A stretch of 64,000 nt of DNA from an uncultured archaeon (lineage in GTDB: Archaea > Altiarchaeota > Altiarchaeia > JAFGQM01), in NCBI GenBank assembly GCA_964592405.1, contig CAZQBY010000003.1, forward strand, positions 1 through 64,000. Direction: 5' to 3'. Below the pieces are notes generated by a model. The model was not told the origin of the DNA. It searched no databases and saw only the letters and a list, made by a program, of their open reading frames with translations. This document shows positions 17,568 to 27,191 of this stretch, piece after piece. Numbering within the stretch: position 1 is the stretch's first letter; the number at the start of each line of letters is the position of its first letter. A program made the position numbers and the translations under genes.

Positions 17568-18515
17568 TCACTCGGTTTTTTTTCTCATAAATCTGTCCAA
17601 CGGCTGAAGGGCGTCTAGATCTATCTCATGGAAAATGTGCCTCTCAGCAGATAATGGAAGCGATAACTCGGTTATGCGACTTGGGAGCCTTGAGGGTATT
17701 CTATGGTAATAGCGGTGTATCATCATAGGCGAAAGTCCGGCTTTTGATATGGCCTTTCCACCCTCCATCCTGTGTATTTTGTCATAGAGCTCCTGTTCAG
17801 TCAGCCGGTCCCAATCCCTCAATAGACTCCCAGCGGTTTTATTTCCCTTCTCGGCACGCTCCTTGAGGAGGAACCGGGTCATTGGGCTTTTGATGCCCTT
17901 CCGCATGCTGGCATATCTGGTCCCGGGCACAAGTATTCTTCCAGAACCCTCTCTGGCCAAGGCCCTTGAGAGAAGGGCAAGACCAAGTGTTGGCGCACCA
18001 TAACCATAGAGCCTCCGGACCCACGCAGGAGAGCCCTTTGGTATACTTGACCTCTGCATCGTGTAAAAGCGTATGATGTGTCCCTTCTCCACCGGCAAAG
18101 CATGCGCCCACATGTGCAGCCAGGTATTTTCTGGAAGGCCCTGTGGATTGAAATAAAGCTCAGGATAGTATTCCTCCTTCACATTGGAAGGAATCAGATG
18201 GACCTCTGCCGGTATGAAGCGAAGACCGCGGATGTGCTTGCCCCCAGGCCCCATGGACCGCAACCGGCGGACGGCAGCCAGCTCACCTGCAACCCGGGCG
18301 ATGTGATCTCCTGTGACAGGCCTGCCGAAACTTACAAGCCTCTCGCGTATCACCGGATTCAGTCTCTGCAGGATTTCCTGCGGCACATGCTCTTGGGCAC
18401 CGAAGCTGATTTTTTCCAGACTGTCCAAAAGCATTTCCAGCTTTGGCTTTGTCATGCCACGTGTCAGGAAGTGCATAGGCGGCTTGAAAGCATAGATTGG
18501 ACGTTTTTTAGGCAT
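17568..18515 (-). CDS. Hypothetical basic protein, paralog of the adjacent gene
   Basis: Start reassigned to MPKKRP (18515); collinear similarity to 16637-17566. Confidence 0.75.
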   Translation of the reverse strand: MPKKRPIYAFKPPMHFLTRGMTKPKLEMLLDSLEKISFGAQEHVPQEILQRLNPVIRERLVSFGRPVTGDHIARVAGELAAVRRLRSMGPGGKHIRGLRFIPAEVHLIPSNVKEEYYPELYFNPQGLPENTWLHMWAHALPVEKGHIIRFYTMQRSSIPKGSPAWVRRLYGYGAPTLGLALLSRALAREGSGRILVPGTRYASMRKGIKSPMTRFLLKERAEKGNKTAGSLLRDWDRLTEQELYDKIHRMEGGKAISKAGLSPMMIHRYYHRIPSRLPSRITELSLPLSAERHIFHEIDLDALQPLDRFMRKKTE

Positions 18516-18548
18516 GTTTTTTTTACATATGAAAAAAGATAAAATAGT

Positions 18549-19148
18549 ATGAGAGTGGTGGTTCTCTTCTCTGGGGGCAAGGATTCGACCTACGCATTGC
18601 ACTATGCGCAACAGCAGGGGTTTGAGGTGGTATGCCTGCTGAATGTTGTGTCAAGGAATAGGGAGTCATACATGTACCACACACTCAACTCAGACCGCGT
18701 CCCGGAGCAGGCACGGGCGATTGGGGTCAGGCTGTACCAGTTAAAGACGGAGGGTGTAAAGGAAGAAGAGGTCGAGGATTTGAAGAAGATGCTCAAGAAG
18801 CTGAAGCTGGAAGAGGGCATCGAGGGTGTGGTCTCCGGCGCGCTGGCCTCCGATTACCAGAAGACGCGGATTGAGAGGATCTGTGACGACTTGGATCTGG
18901 CTTCCATAACCCCCATGTGGCACGTCAACCCGGAGGCCTATATGCGCGCAGTGATAGACGCAGGCTTTGACGTGAGGATAGCGGGCGTCTTTGCAGATGG
19001 CTTGGATGATTCATGGATAGGAAAGAAGATTGATGAGGCTACAGTCCAAAGGCTCAGGAGGCTGAACATCCACATTGCAGGAGAGGGTGGGGAGTATGAG
19101 ACGATGGTCGTCGACGGGCCCGAATTTAAAATGAGTTTAAAGTTCTAG
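18549..19148 (+). CDS. dph6: Diphthine--ammonia ligase (PP-loop ATPase)
   Basis: LFSGGKDS, SGALASDYQKTRIERIC, AGEGGEYETMVVDGP. Confidence 0.92.
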   Translation: MRVVVLFSGGKDSTYALHYAQQQGFEVVCLLNVVSRNRESYMYHTLNSDRVPEQARAIGVRLYQLKTEGVKEEEVEDLKKMLKKLKLEEGIEGVVSGALASDYQKTRIERICDDLDLASITPMWHVNPEAYMRAVIDAGFDVRIAGVFADGLDDSWIGKKIDEATVQRLRRLNIHIAGEGGEYETMVVDGPEFKMSLKF

Positions 19149-19874
19149 CACCATCCCATCATGTGCGGCTATGGTTTCCACACCTGTAGAGTCAGTTATG
19201 TTGCGCGCAATAGCATCTGTGTCAGTCGTTGCAAGAAGGTAGCCAAAGTGGGTCAAAACAGCAATCTTTGGCCTTGACTCCTGTATCAGCCGGGCAGCCT
19301 CGCCCACTGAGAGGTGCTTGGTTATCTTGCTTTCATCCGGCCGGAGGACATTGAGGATCAGAATATCCGAGTTTTTGTAGTATGTGATCAGGTTACTGTT
19401 ATAGTTTGTATCAGAGCTGTATGTTATGACACCGTCCTTCAGATGAAACTTGAAGCCAAATGCATTGTCATGGTCAAAGGTCGGGATTGTTTCAATTTCG
19501 ATACCTGCTATGCAGTGACTTCCAGCAGAATCAAAAACCCTGAAGTCCACCATCGATTTGTGATAATCGGATACATACCTCTCTACATTTCTGTTCACAA
19601 AAAGGGTCCCTCTCCTGACATTCATTGCATCTGTCATGCCTTCAACACACACCTCTGTATCGCTATAGTGATCAAGATGATTGTGACTGACCAGTATAAT
19701 ATCCAGTTTCCTCAGATCCCTGCCTAATTCCAGCGCGCGTATTAGTGTTCCAACGCCCGGATCTATCAGGATATTCCTGCCATCAGTCTCCAGCCAGATG
19801 CCCGCGGTCCTCCTGACCTGACTGAGCGTCACAAACCTGCCGCCGCCGGTCCCAAGGAACATTAGAGAGCTCAT
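19137..19874 (-). CDS. Metallo-beta-lactamase fold hydrolase
   Basis: FLGTGGGR, IDPG, SHNHLDH, YSSDT, LTHFG. Confidence 0.9.
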   Translation of the reverse strand: MSSLMFLGTGGGRFVTLSQVRRTAGIWLETDGRNILIDPGVGTLIRALELGRDLRKLDIILVSHNHLDHYSDTEVCVEGMTDAMNVRRGTLFVNRNVERYVSDYHKSMVDFRVFDSAGSHCIAGIEIETIPTFDHDNAFGFKFHLKDGVITYSSDTNYNSNLITYYKNSDILILNVLRPDESKITKHLSVGEAARLIQESRPKIAVLTHFGYLLATTDTDAIARNITDSTGVETIAAHDGMVLEL

Positions 19875-19936
19875 CGGCGTTTTTTATTTGAAGGTGTTTT
19901 AATAATAATTGAGAAAAAAGTTGTTGATAAAGATAG

Positions 19937-20506
19937 ATGACCGGCCCGCCGAGTGTTGAGGAAATATTGAGATGGGGATATGATGAGGAGATCCGTCTTG
20001 CCGAGAAGGATCAGGACCACATTCTCCACAGCATGCAATATGTTCCAGTCCTTATAAAGCTGGTCAATGACCCAAACTGTCCAAAGGACTATTTTGCCTT
20101 TAGCATTCTGTGTGATTTCACAAGAGAGATGTTCCTAAACCGCAATGAGAAGGAGATAAGGGATCTCAAGAAGGTGAGGGACCGGATAGTTGGAGGCGAT
20201 AACAGCGAGTATGTCATGAAATGGGCAGATTATGTTGAACGGCTTTATGAATATTTTTATACTCTCAAGCCCGTTGGGAAGGAGAAAGCACGCAGGATGG
20301 CACAGGATCTCCTGGTCGGTCCGTCTAGGGTAGCCGGCAAGCTCTCCGGTCCGAGGCTTTACAACGATGTCTGGGAATTCAAACTCGGGGGGCAAGTCAA
20401 TGAATATCTTTATATAAACAGGGAGGACGGCAGCTGGACATACTCCCAGTTTTATCCGCGTAATAGCAGATTTAAGAGGCTCTTCAGATGGTTCAGGGTT
20501 CCATGA
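19937..20506 (+). CDS. Hypothetical protein
   Basis: 189-aa ORF filling the gap between recognised genes; LVNDPNCPK motif. Confidence 0.65.
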   Translation: MTGPPSVEEILRWGYDEEIRLAEKDQDHILHSMQYVPVLIKLVNDPNCPKDYFAFSILCDFTREMFLNRNEKEIRDLKKVRDRIVGGDNSEYVMKWADYVERLYEYFYTLKPVGKEKARRMAQDLLVGPSRVAGKLSGPRLYNDVWEFKLGGQVNEYLYINREDGSWTYSQFYPRNSRFKRLFRWFRVP

Positions 20507-20524
20507 AACTTTTAGAAATACAAT

Positions 20525-21187
20525 GTGGACAAGAGTTATATCAAGGAGAGAACGCGCAGGGCGTATGATAAAATAGGCAGAGACTATGATAACTGGTATT
20601 GGATGAAGAAGTCCAGAGAGCTGCGCATGGAGCTGACCCGGAGGGTGGTTGAGATACTCAGAAATGAGGTAATTGCTGGGAGAAAGAAACATCCGAGCGT
20701 TCTTGATTTATGTTGCGGTACTGGGCATCTGGTAAATGAGTTAGGGGATGTTGGATATACAGGTCTAGACTTCGCACCGGCGATGGTGGCATGTTGCAGG
20801 AAGGCCTATCCAAAGAAAAAATTCGTCTTGGGAGATGCTGAAAACCTGCCCTTCAGGGACAGGAGTTTTGATGCAGTCATCTGCTTCTGGTCATTCCACC
20901 ATATAGTCTATCCTGAGAAGGTTGTAGAGGAGATACGGCGCGTCCTCAGGCCGGGGGGGCTTGTGCTCATTGCCACCTTCAAGGATGTCAAACTGAACCT
21001 TGCCGCAAGGATAGCAGACTGGATATCTGACTCTTACTGGGGCTATGTTACCAAGCGCTATTCGATTGGCGAGATGGAGCGTCTTATGCAAAGGTTTAAG
21101 AATGTTAAGGTGGAAGTATTTCCAAAAAGCTTTTCCATCCTCAATATGATGGGGATAAGATTCCTTATAGTGAGTGGCAGAAGGTAA
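20525..21187 (+). CDS. Class I SAM-dependent methyltransferase (UbiE/Methyltransf_11-like)
   Basis: VLDLCCGTG, GDAENLPF..SFDAV, RVLRPGG. Confidence 0.9.
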   Translation: MDKSYIKERTRRAYDKIGRDYDNWYWMKKSRELRMELTRRVVEILRNEVIAGRKKHPSVLDLCCGTGHLVNELGDVGYTGLDFAPAMVACCRKAYPKKKFVLGDAENLPFRDRSFDAVICFWSFHHIVYPEKVVEEIRRVLRPGGLVLIATFKDVKLNLAARIADWISDSYWGYVTKRYSIGEMERLMQRFKNVKVEVFPKSFSILNMMGIRFLIVSGRR

Positions 21188-21518
21188 GGGCCTCCTTCTG
21201 GCGTCCGCCTCACTGATTGGTGTTCTCCTGATTAGCCTGTGGGCTGAGGATATTGAGATTGGGCTCATGGAATTGGAGGATATAAACGCATTTATGCTCA
21301 ATGAGGTTGTCCATATCAGGGGAGTGGTGAAGGAGTATGGGCCCATTGACGGGGGAGTAAGGCTACTTGTTGAGCAGAACGGTTATGATATGAGCGTGGT
21401 CTATTTTGGAGATATTGATGGCAGAAAGGGGATGTGTGCCGATGTTATAGGTGAGGTAAAAACAAGCAGGGGACCGGTGGAGATAACCGCAGAAAGACTG
21501 ACGCTTTTCATATGTTAG
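21174..21518 (+). CDS. Membrane-anchored OB-fold protein
   Basis: N-terminal hydrophobic helix; VHIRGVV and VIGEVKTSRGPVEITA OB pattern. Confidence 0.6.
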   Translation: MAEGKGLLLASASLIGVLLISLWAEDIEIGLMELEDINAFMLNEVVHIRGVVKEYGPIDGGVRLLVEQNGYDMSVVYFGDIDGRKGMCADVIGEVKTSRGPVEITAERLTLFIC

Positions 21519-21540
21519 CATGCTGTTCAGGTGTCCTGAT

Positions 21541-22227
21541 TTACAGCTTTCTCATAATCTTGCGATAGAAGCTGATTATCCTCCGCCCCTCCTGCTCAGT
21601 CAGCATGGATTTGCCATATATCCTGCGCAGAGTAGAGTCCACAGCATGCTGCTGATGGGGTTGTTCATATACCCTCCTGACTATTTCTGTGGTGTATTTG
21701 TAGAGCTGTGCGCGCAGTTCTCTTGTAAGAGCCTTCTCCCTGACAGTCTTCTCAAATCGCTTCTTGGCCAGCTCGTATAGGACAATGCAGACGCTCTGGG
21801 CCAGGTTCAGGATGGGATATTCCGGATTTGAGGGTATCCTAACAACAACATCCGTTTGCTCAAGGATATCATTGGGCAGACCGTATGCCTCATTGCCGAA
21901 AAGCAATGCAGTTTTATCATGTGGCAGGATCCCGGCCAGTTGCTCAGGCGTAAGCGGCGCCTTTCGCTTGGGCGTCTTGTGACCACCCTTCTTACCTGTA
22001 GTCCCGACTATGTAACTGCATCCACGGACAGCAGCAGGGAGGCTGTGGACAATCATAGCCTTCTCCAGGACCGTTGTACCATGACTTGCAAAGGCTCTTG
22101 CAACTCTCCCCAATTCACAGGGATTGACCAGATAGAGTTCCGAAAAGCCGAAGTTCCTCATGGCACGTGCCACTGATCCTATATTGCCCTCCTCCTGCGG
22201 ATGCAGCAGAACCACACGAACGTCCAT
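21541..22227 (-). CDS. trmJ: TrmJ-family SPOUT tRNA methyltransferase
   Basis: GNIGSVARAMRNFGF, LFGNEAYGL, YPILNLAQSV. Confidence 0.9.
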   Translation of the reverse strand: MDVRVVLLHPQEEGNIGSVARAMRNFGFSELYLVNPCELGRVARAFASHGTTVLEKAMIVHSLPAAVRGCSYIVGTTGKKGGHKTPKRKAPLTPEQLAGILPHDKTALLFGNEAYGLPNDILEQTDVVVRIPSNPEYPILNLAQSVCIVLYELAKKRFEKTVREKALTRELRAQLYKYTTEIVRRVYEQPHQQHAVDSTLRRIYGKSMLTEQEGRRIISFYRKIMRKL

Positions 22228-22304
22228 CTTTTTAATCAGTATTTCCTAATTAATAAGCCCTATAATATAAGCATATAAGCCCAAATGAAAATATACACCC
22301 AAAA

Positions 22305-23531
22305 ATGAAAAAGAGAAACCTAATAAGTCTCCTATTGCTCTTGTTCCCAATATTGTTGCCCCCGGCGCCCGGTCAGCTCAGCCAAGAAGATGCAGGGATT
22401 ATCTGTAATCAGTATGCGGGTGAGGGTGAGAGCGTACAGGTGATGGGGCCTGTCAGCTGTGAGGGGTCATACTGGCTCTGTGGTTTCACATACTTTGGCA
22501 ATAAGCAGAATATCCTGCTGGCTGTCTCAAGGAGTACCGGGGCAGTCCTGCCGGAGACAAGCGACATATTCCATGACCTCATATCCACCAGATATGCAGA
22601 GGAATATGGGGCAACCCGCATATTCAGCCAGTTCATAACAGACCCGACGCTTGCCATAGAGCTGAGGGGTATGAACGCCACCATGTTCAATTATGAGAAT
22701 ATGCTGAGATCGGCGATGGAAGAAGGTACGATAACCCGGGCAGAGTTTGCTGAAATCAGCAATGAGATTTCCTCAGTAGTAGAACTTGGGCTTGAACTGG
22801 CTGATATGGTAGATGGTCTTTACAATGCATCAATGGAGTTCCTAGCATCACCGGATTGCGTTGAACTGCTTGACTATATGGACCACCTAAATACGACCCT
22901 TGGACTGGCCAGAAATTTCAGCATGTCTTGGAATGAATTTATAGACGATTACAACAGCATCGTCACAAGGCCTGAGAATATCCAGATGGTTGCCATAAAT
23001 CCCAGCGATGCGCAGATATTCGCCCAACGGCTTGCCTCTGTTTTGGATGATCTGGAGCAGTATAGGGGGAATGTTGAGGAGTTTAGGGAGACAGTTATCG
23101 GCAATGTCATAACCAGGCTTGAACGGAAAGAGACCAAAGACAAACTAGATGAGGCTTATGACATCGTGAGCACCTCTAGAAACCCGGATGCAAAGGAAAA
23201 ATATAACCAAGCATCGAGAGCTTTCTCCAGTGGTGAATATCAGAAAGCGCGCAGCCTGATAAACGAAGCCATAGCCCTGGCGAGGATAGAGCTACCAGAA
23301 GATGACCATGGTCCTGTTGTTGTAGTCGAGAGAGCTTCGGATTATACGCCCTATTTCATTGCCATTGGAGTCCTTTTACTTGCCATACTGGTCATTATGC
23401 TGGCCAGAAGGAGAGGGGAGGAAAAGGATGAAAACGAGGAAGGAGAGGACGAGGAGAACAGGAAGGAGTCCGCCGGAACCGGGACATGGAGCTGGACAAG
23501 GGAGGGGCACAGTGCCCTTGAAAGGGTATGA
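22305..23531 (+). CDS. Hypothetical secreted, C-terminally anchored helical protein
   Basis: Signal peptide, C-terminal TM followed by RRR and an acidic tail. Confidence 0.75.
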   Translation: MKKRNLISLLLLLFPILLPPAPGQLSQEDAGIICNQYAGEGESVQVMGPVSCEGSYWLCGFTYFGNKQNILLAVSRSTGAVLPETSDIFHDLISTRYAEEYGATRIFSQFITDPTLAIELRGMNATMFNYENMLRSAMEEGTITRAEFAEISNEISSVVELGLELADMVDGLYNASMEFLASPDCVELLDYMDHLNTTLGLARNFSMSWNEFIDDYNSIVTRPENIQMVAINPSDAQIFAQRLASVLDDLEQYRGNVEEFRETVIGNVITRLERKETKDKLDEAYDIVSTSRNPDAKEKYNQASRAFSSGEYQKARSLINEAIALARIELPEDDHGPVVVVERASDYTPYFIAIGVLLLAILVIMLARRRGEEKDENEEGEDEENRKESAGTGTWSWTREGHSALERV

Positions 23532-23912
23532 TCAGAGGGTCTGTTGGAGCCCGATGAGTGTTTCAAAGCTTATAGATGTATCGCTTTTTGATATCTTCAT
23601 ACCTGAAAGGAGATCCAATGGGAAGAACCTTGGCTTTTCTCTGTCAAATTTGACCGCAATGTAGGCCTCACAGTCCGCTCGTGAGCGGAATGCCCTAAGC
23701 TTCTCAACATCGCTCTTGTCAAGCCTGAATGAGTTCTTTTTGGTGGTCTTGCACTCTATGATTATAACACGCTGGTCCTTCATAGCGATTATGTCTGGTA
23801 TTGGGAATGGTGCCGAACCACTTCCGGCTGCACGAACGGCCGTAAACCCGCTATCCCAGAACCTGCGGACTAGACTCCTCTCAAAATTGGCGCCCTTCCT
23901 GTAGAATGCCAT
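23532..23912 (-). CDS. hjc: Holliday junction resolvase Hjc
   Basis: YRKGANFER, AVRAAGSG, PDIIA..IIECK. Confidence 0.93.
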   Translation of the reverse strand: MAFYRKGANFERSLVRRFWDSGFTAVRAAGSGSAPFPIPDIIAMKDQRVIIIECKTTKKNSFRLDKSDVEKLRAFRSRADCEAYIAVKFDREKPRFFPLDLLSGMKISKSDTSISFETLIGLQQTL

Positions 23913-24028
23913 GAGGAGTTAACAACTGGAGAATTAAAAACTTGTGGATCGGGAAATTGACAGACATGGGTTTATATTGGCCTGATGTTTATATTAAACA
24001 TTATATTAAGCTAATTCCTAAAAAGAGG

Positions 24029-25411
24029 ATGAAAAGGTTTTTGATTATAGCATTGCTTTTGATGATTGGAGGGGCATCGGCAATCACCTGCCCATTCTGT
24101 AGTGGCAAGGTCGTAGAGGTTTGCAACGTGGACATCCAGCCCGAAAAGCCTGTTTACCGCCAAGACCTTGTGCTAAACATAACAAAGGGTTTTCTCCGCC
24201 ACTTTGAACCAATCGAAGAGGGTACGGAAGTTGAAATATGGTTTTACAACACCACGACTAATGTAAAGAAGGTCAAACTTGAGACTGATGAGAGAGGGAT
24301 TATCAGATTCACACCAGAGATAGTCGGTTATCATCTTATAAAGGTGTGTGGAAAGAGTATTCTTGTGTTTGTGAACACCACATGCGGTGATGGTATCTGT
24401 TATGGTTATGAAGCCCGGGGGAACTGCCCCGAAGACTGTGGATTCTGTGGAGATTATATATGCGACGCCAACGAAGACATCAACTGCCCTGATTGTGCCA
24501 AGTGTGGAGATGGAATATGCAGTGGGGGGGAGAACAAGGAAACCTGCATCATAGACTGCTATGTATGTGGCGATAAGGTATGCGATGAGCCGGAGGATTA
24601 TGGATCCTGCAGGCTGGACTGCCCATCCGGAGGAGAGGATGGTCTGTGCGACATGCAGGCTGATGGTATATGTGATCCAGACTGCAGGTTTGAAGAGGAC
24701 ATAGACTGCAGGGTTGTTAACGAGGAGGTTGATTATCCCGGTTCGATAGAAAGAGAAGAGAACGGCTTTGACTTCATGTTCTACATCCCTGTGGCCATAA
24801 TAGCAGTATGCGCTGTAGTTATGGTGTTTCTCTTCATGAAGTATGGCAGGACGGATGAAAGGCTTGAAGGGTGGGGGCTGGAGAAAGCTGGGGCAGGGGC
24901 AGGGACAAAAACAAAAGCTGCTGAAGAGCAGAAGGCTCTGGAAGAAGAGAAGGAGCTCGCACGCATAGCTGAAGAGCAGAAGAGGAAGGCTCTTGAGGAG
25001 GAAAGGCGCGTCTTAGAGGCCCAGAAGAAGGCTCTGGAAGAAGAGAAGAAAAGATTAGAGGAGGAAAAACGGGCAGCGGAGCAGAAAATAAAAGAAGAGC
25101 TCAGGCACACAGCAGAGCGAAAGAGGAGATATCGCGAGTTACAACGCGAGGAAGCCAGGAGAAGGGCGGAGGAAGAAAGGAAGAAAAAGGAAGAGGAGAT
25201 GAGGCGCAGAGAGGCTGAGAGATGGAGAGAATTGATAAGCAGAAAATATGCCAGGGAGGAGGTCGGCCAAAAGAAGGAGCCAAAGCCTCCAAAAACAAAA
25301 ATCCAGAAGAAACAGAAGGAAGCGCCGAAAGAATCTCCACAGGGTGAAGAAGAGGTTCACAAAAGCGTCAAAGAGTTTCTCAATGAGCTGAAAGAGAGGG
25401 TGGGCAGATAG
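24029..25411 (+). CDS. Cys-rich (CGDG-repeat) surface protein with TM and long charged cytoplasmic helix
   Basis: Signal peptide at MKRFLII; four CGDxxC..E...CxxDC repeats; DGICDPDC; TM; E/K/R-rich tail. Confidence 0.8.
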   Translation: MKRFLIIALLLMIGGASAITCPFCSGKVVEVCNVDIQPEKPVYRQDLVLNITKGFLRHFEPIEEGTEVEIWFYNTTTNVKKVKLETDERGIIRFTPEIVGYHLIKVCGKSILVFVNTTCGDGICYGYEARGNCPEDCGFCGDYICDANEDINCPDCAKCGDGICSGGENKETCIIDCYVCGDKVCDEPEDYGSCRLDCPSGGEDGLCDMQADGICDPDCRFEEDIDCRVVNEEVDYPGSIEREENGFDFMFYIPVAIIAVCAVVMVFLFMKYGRTDERLEGWGLEKAGAGAGTKTKAAEEQKALEEEKELARIAEEQKRKALEEERRVLEAQKKALEEEKKRLEEEKRAAEQKIKEELRHTAERKRRYRELQREEARRRAEEERKKKEEEMRRREAERWRELISRKYAREEVGQKKEPKPPKTKIQKKQKEAPKESPQGEEEVHKSVKEFLNELKERVGR

Positions 25412-25414
25412 AGA

Positions 25415-26245
25415 CTAATGCAGGGAATAATAGAGGTTTTTTGCTATCAGAATGAGAAGAGGGGTTAGGGCAGAGAGAAACAAAACCCACCTGAGACTCT
25501 GGCCGGCATTGCTCTCCGGCAGTTCCATCGACAGATTTGGAGGAACCTGCTCAACCTCTATTGCACGGACTATATCCCAGTCTTTCCTTCCTCTTGCGCG
25601 CACCTTGATATTGTAAAACCCGCTGGCTGCTTTGTGTTTGACGACATCGGTCAGGATTATAATCCTGCTCTCGCCCTTTTTGAGATTATATCTCTGGGCA
25701 TTACCCTTCCAGCCATAGAATGAATAACAGGTTTTTCCCCCATAGACATAGGAGTAAATCTCCAGATCGGCGTCCTCATATGTTGTCAGTCTGATGGCAA
25801 CCTGGAACTCCTCGCCTGTTTTGACTTTCTCTGGAACAGAGAGAAAGCTGAGGGCGATACCGCTCTCCGGCTTTGGCCTCTCGAACCCACTTTCCCCGAC
25901 TTTAAAGAAAAAGTTCTTGTAGGTGTAAGTCCCGTTGACTATGTCCGCGCGCGCGTATATCTTGTATTCACCCTGCTCTGTAGGCACAGTGTAACTGCAA
26001 TTGAGACGCATGGATTTGAGGGCTCCAAGGGAGTAATTTCCGCCACAATCTAGGTGGGAGATGACCTCCCAGTTTTCAGTTTTCTTTTTGAGCTGTAGAT
26101 CCAAGTCGAACAAGACGTCATATTCTGCTTTGTTTTGTACCGTGACTTCAAGGAAGCCACACTGCAGCTTGCCGTCCAGACTGAGCGGAGCTGTGCTAGC
26201 CGGTTGGACAAACAGCAGGAAGAGGACCACAAAACGCAACTCCAC
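25415..26245 (-). CDS. Hypothetical secreted protein with Ig-like beta domains and C-terminal TM
   Basis: Signal peptide, beta-rich segments (GEYKIYARA, GFYNIKVRA), C-terminal hydrophobic helix. Confidence 0.65.
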   Translation of the reverse strand: MELRFVVLFLLFVQPASTAPLSLDGKLQCGFLEVTVQNKAEYDVLFDLDLQLKKKTENWEVISHLDCGGNYSLGALKSMRLNCSYTVPTEQGEYKIYARADIVNGTYTYKNFFFKVGESGFERPKPESGIALSFLSVPEKVKTGEEFQVAIRLTTYEDADLEIYSYVYGGKTCYSFYGWKGNAQRYNLKKGESRIIILTDVVKHKAASGFYNIKVRARGRKDWDIVRAIEVEQVPPNLSMELPESNAGQSLRWVLFLSALTPLLILIAKNLYYSLH

Positions 26246-26287
26246 CAGAAGTTTAAAGTGATAAGGAAGAAAAACACACTGGCCTGA

Positions 26288-26518
26288 TTATTCATCAATG
26301 GTGGTATACCCGGTCTCGTCCACTATCTCGCGAATGGTGCGGGGAGTCTGCCTTCTGGTATCAAATAGTATCGTTACGACACCGCTGACATAATTGGCCT
26401 TCACATCTTCTATCCCCCCGGCAGAATTCCTTATCATTGTCTCACACCGCCGGGCATGGCCCTCTGTGAACAGTCCATCCACCCTGAGGGTCATCTTTGA
26501 GAGCCTCTTCTGGGACAT
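26288..26518 (-). CDS. Heavy-metal-associated (HMA/CopZ-like) domain protein with degenerate CxxC
   Basis: LRVDG...GIEDVKANYVSGVVTILFD...IREIVDETGY fold pattern; MxCxxC replaced by LFTEGH, with a single Cys in the following ARRC. Confidence 0.65.
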   Translation of the reverse strand: MSQKRLSKMTLRVDGLFTEGHARRCETMIRNSAGGIEDVKANYVSGVVTILFDTRRQTPRTIREIVDETGYTTIDE

Positions 26519-26655
26519 GATTAAACTATAAGTTCAGGGAAGAAAAAATCAGCCCAGCGGGCAGCCGAAAACCTGCGAGAGCTTGGAGAGGCTCTGCTTC
26601 CCCGTGAGGCGCATCTCGCTGCCTATCCATGTCGGTAGCTTCTTACTCCCATGAC

Positions 26656-26730
26656 GTCGCCCACCATGGCCACCACCTTGCCCTCCCGCTGCAGATGCTT
26701 GACATAGTTGACCTTGTCCTCGGGAAGCAT
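26656..26730 (-). pseudogene. Remnant of a P1B-type heavy-metal ATPase (CopA/ZntA-like)
   Basis: Reverse strand translates MLPEDKVNYVKHLQREGKVVAMVGD, the hinge motif of P-type ATPases; the rest of the gene is absent. Confidence 0.75.
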
Positions 26731-26797
26731 AATTCACACGGTCGGCCTTGCTATGTATTTAAATAGAATGTCCAATGATATCAATTGACAGTAGATT

Positions 26798-27106
26798 ATG
26801 ACCTGTTATATAATACCAACAGCGGCTGCTGTTGTCCATTATCTTGTAAGAACCCGCAGGCCTAGTTTAAAGCACAATACCCACCATCTATGGCTGAATC
26901 TATTATTTCTGGGTGGGGCCATCTTCGGTGTGATTGACCATTTATGGAATGGAGAGCTTTTCCTTTTTGGGGAGAATCTCCTCTTGGACTTGACACTGGG
27001 GGTTACAATTACTGCCTCAATAATAGTTGTGTGGGCCCTTATTGTGGTGTTGGACAAAAGCTTAGCTAGGGATATCGTGCAAAAACCAGAATTTTTACAG
27101 GGATAA
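26798..27106 (+). CDS. Small membrane protein
   Basis: Three hydrophobic segments; GAIFGVIDHLWNGEL. Confidence 0.7.
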   Translation: MTCYIIPTAAAVVHYLVRTRRPSLKHNTHHLWLNLLFLGGAIFGVIDHLWNGELFLFGENLLLDLTLGVTITASIIVVWALIVVLDKSLARDIVQKPEFLQG

Positions 27107-27191
27107 AATGACATACCTAGAGGAATCTTTGCTACCGGGTTGATTGGAATCTTTATGTTATCTATGGTTATATCAATCATCGAGCGTGAGG

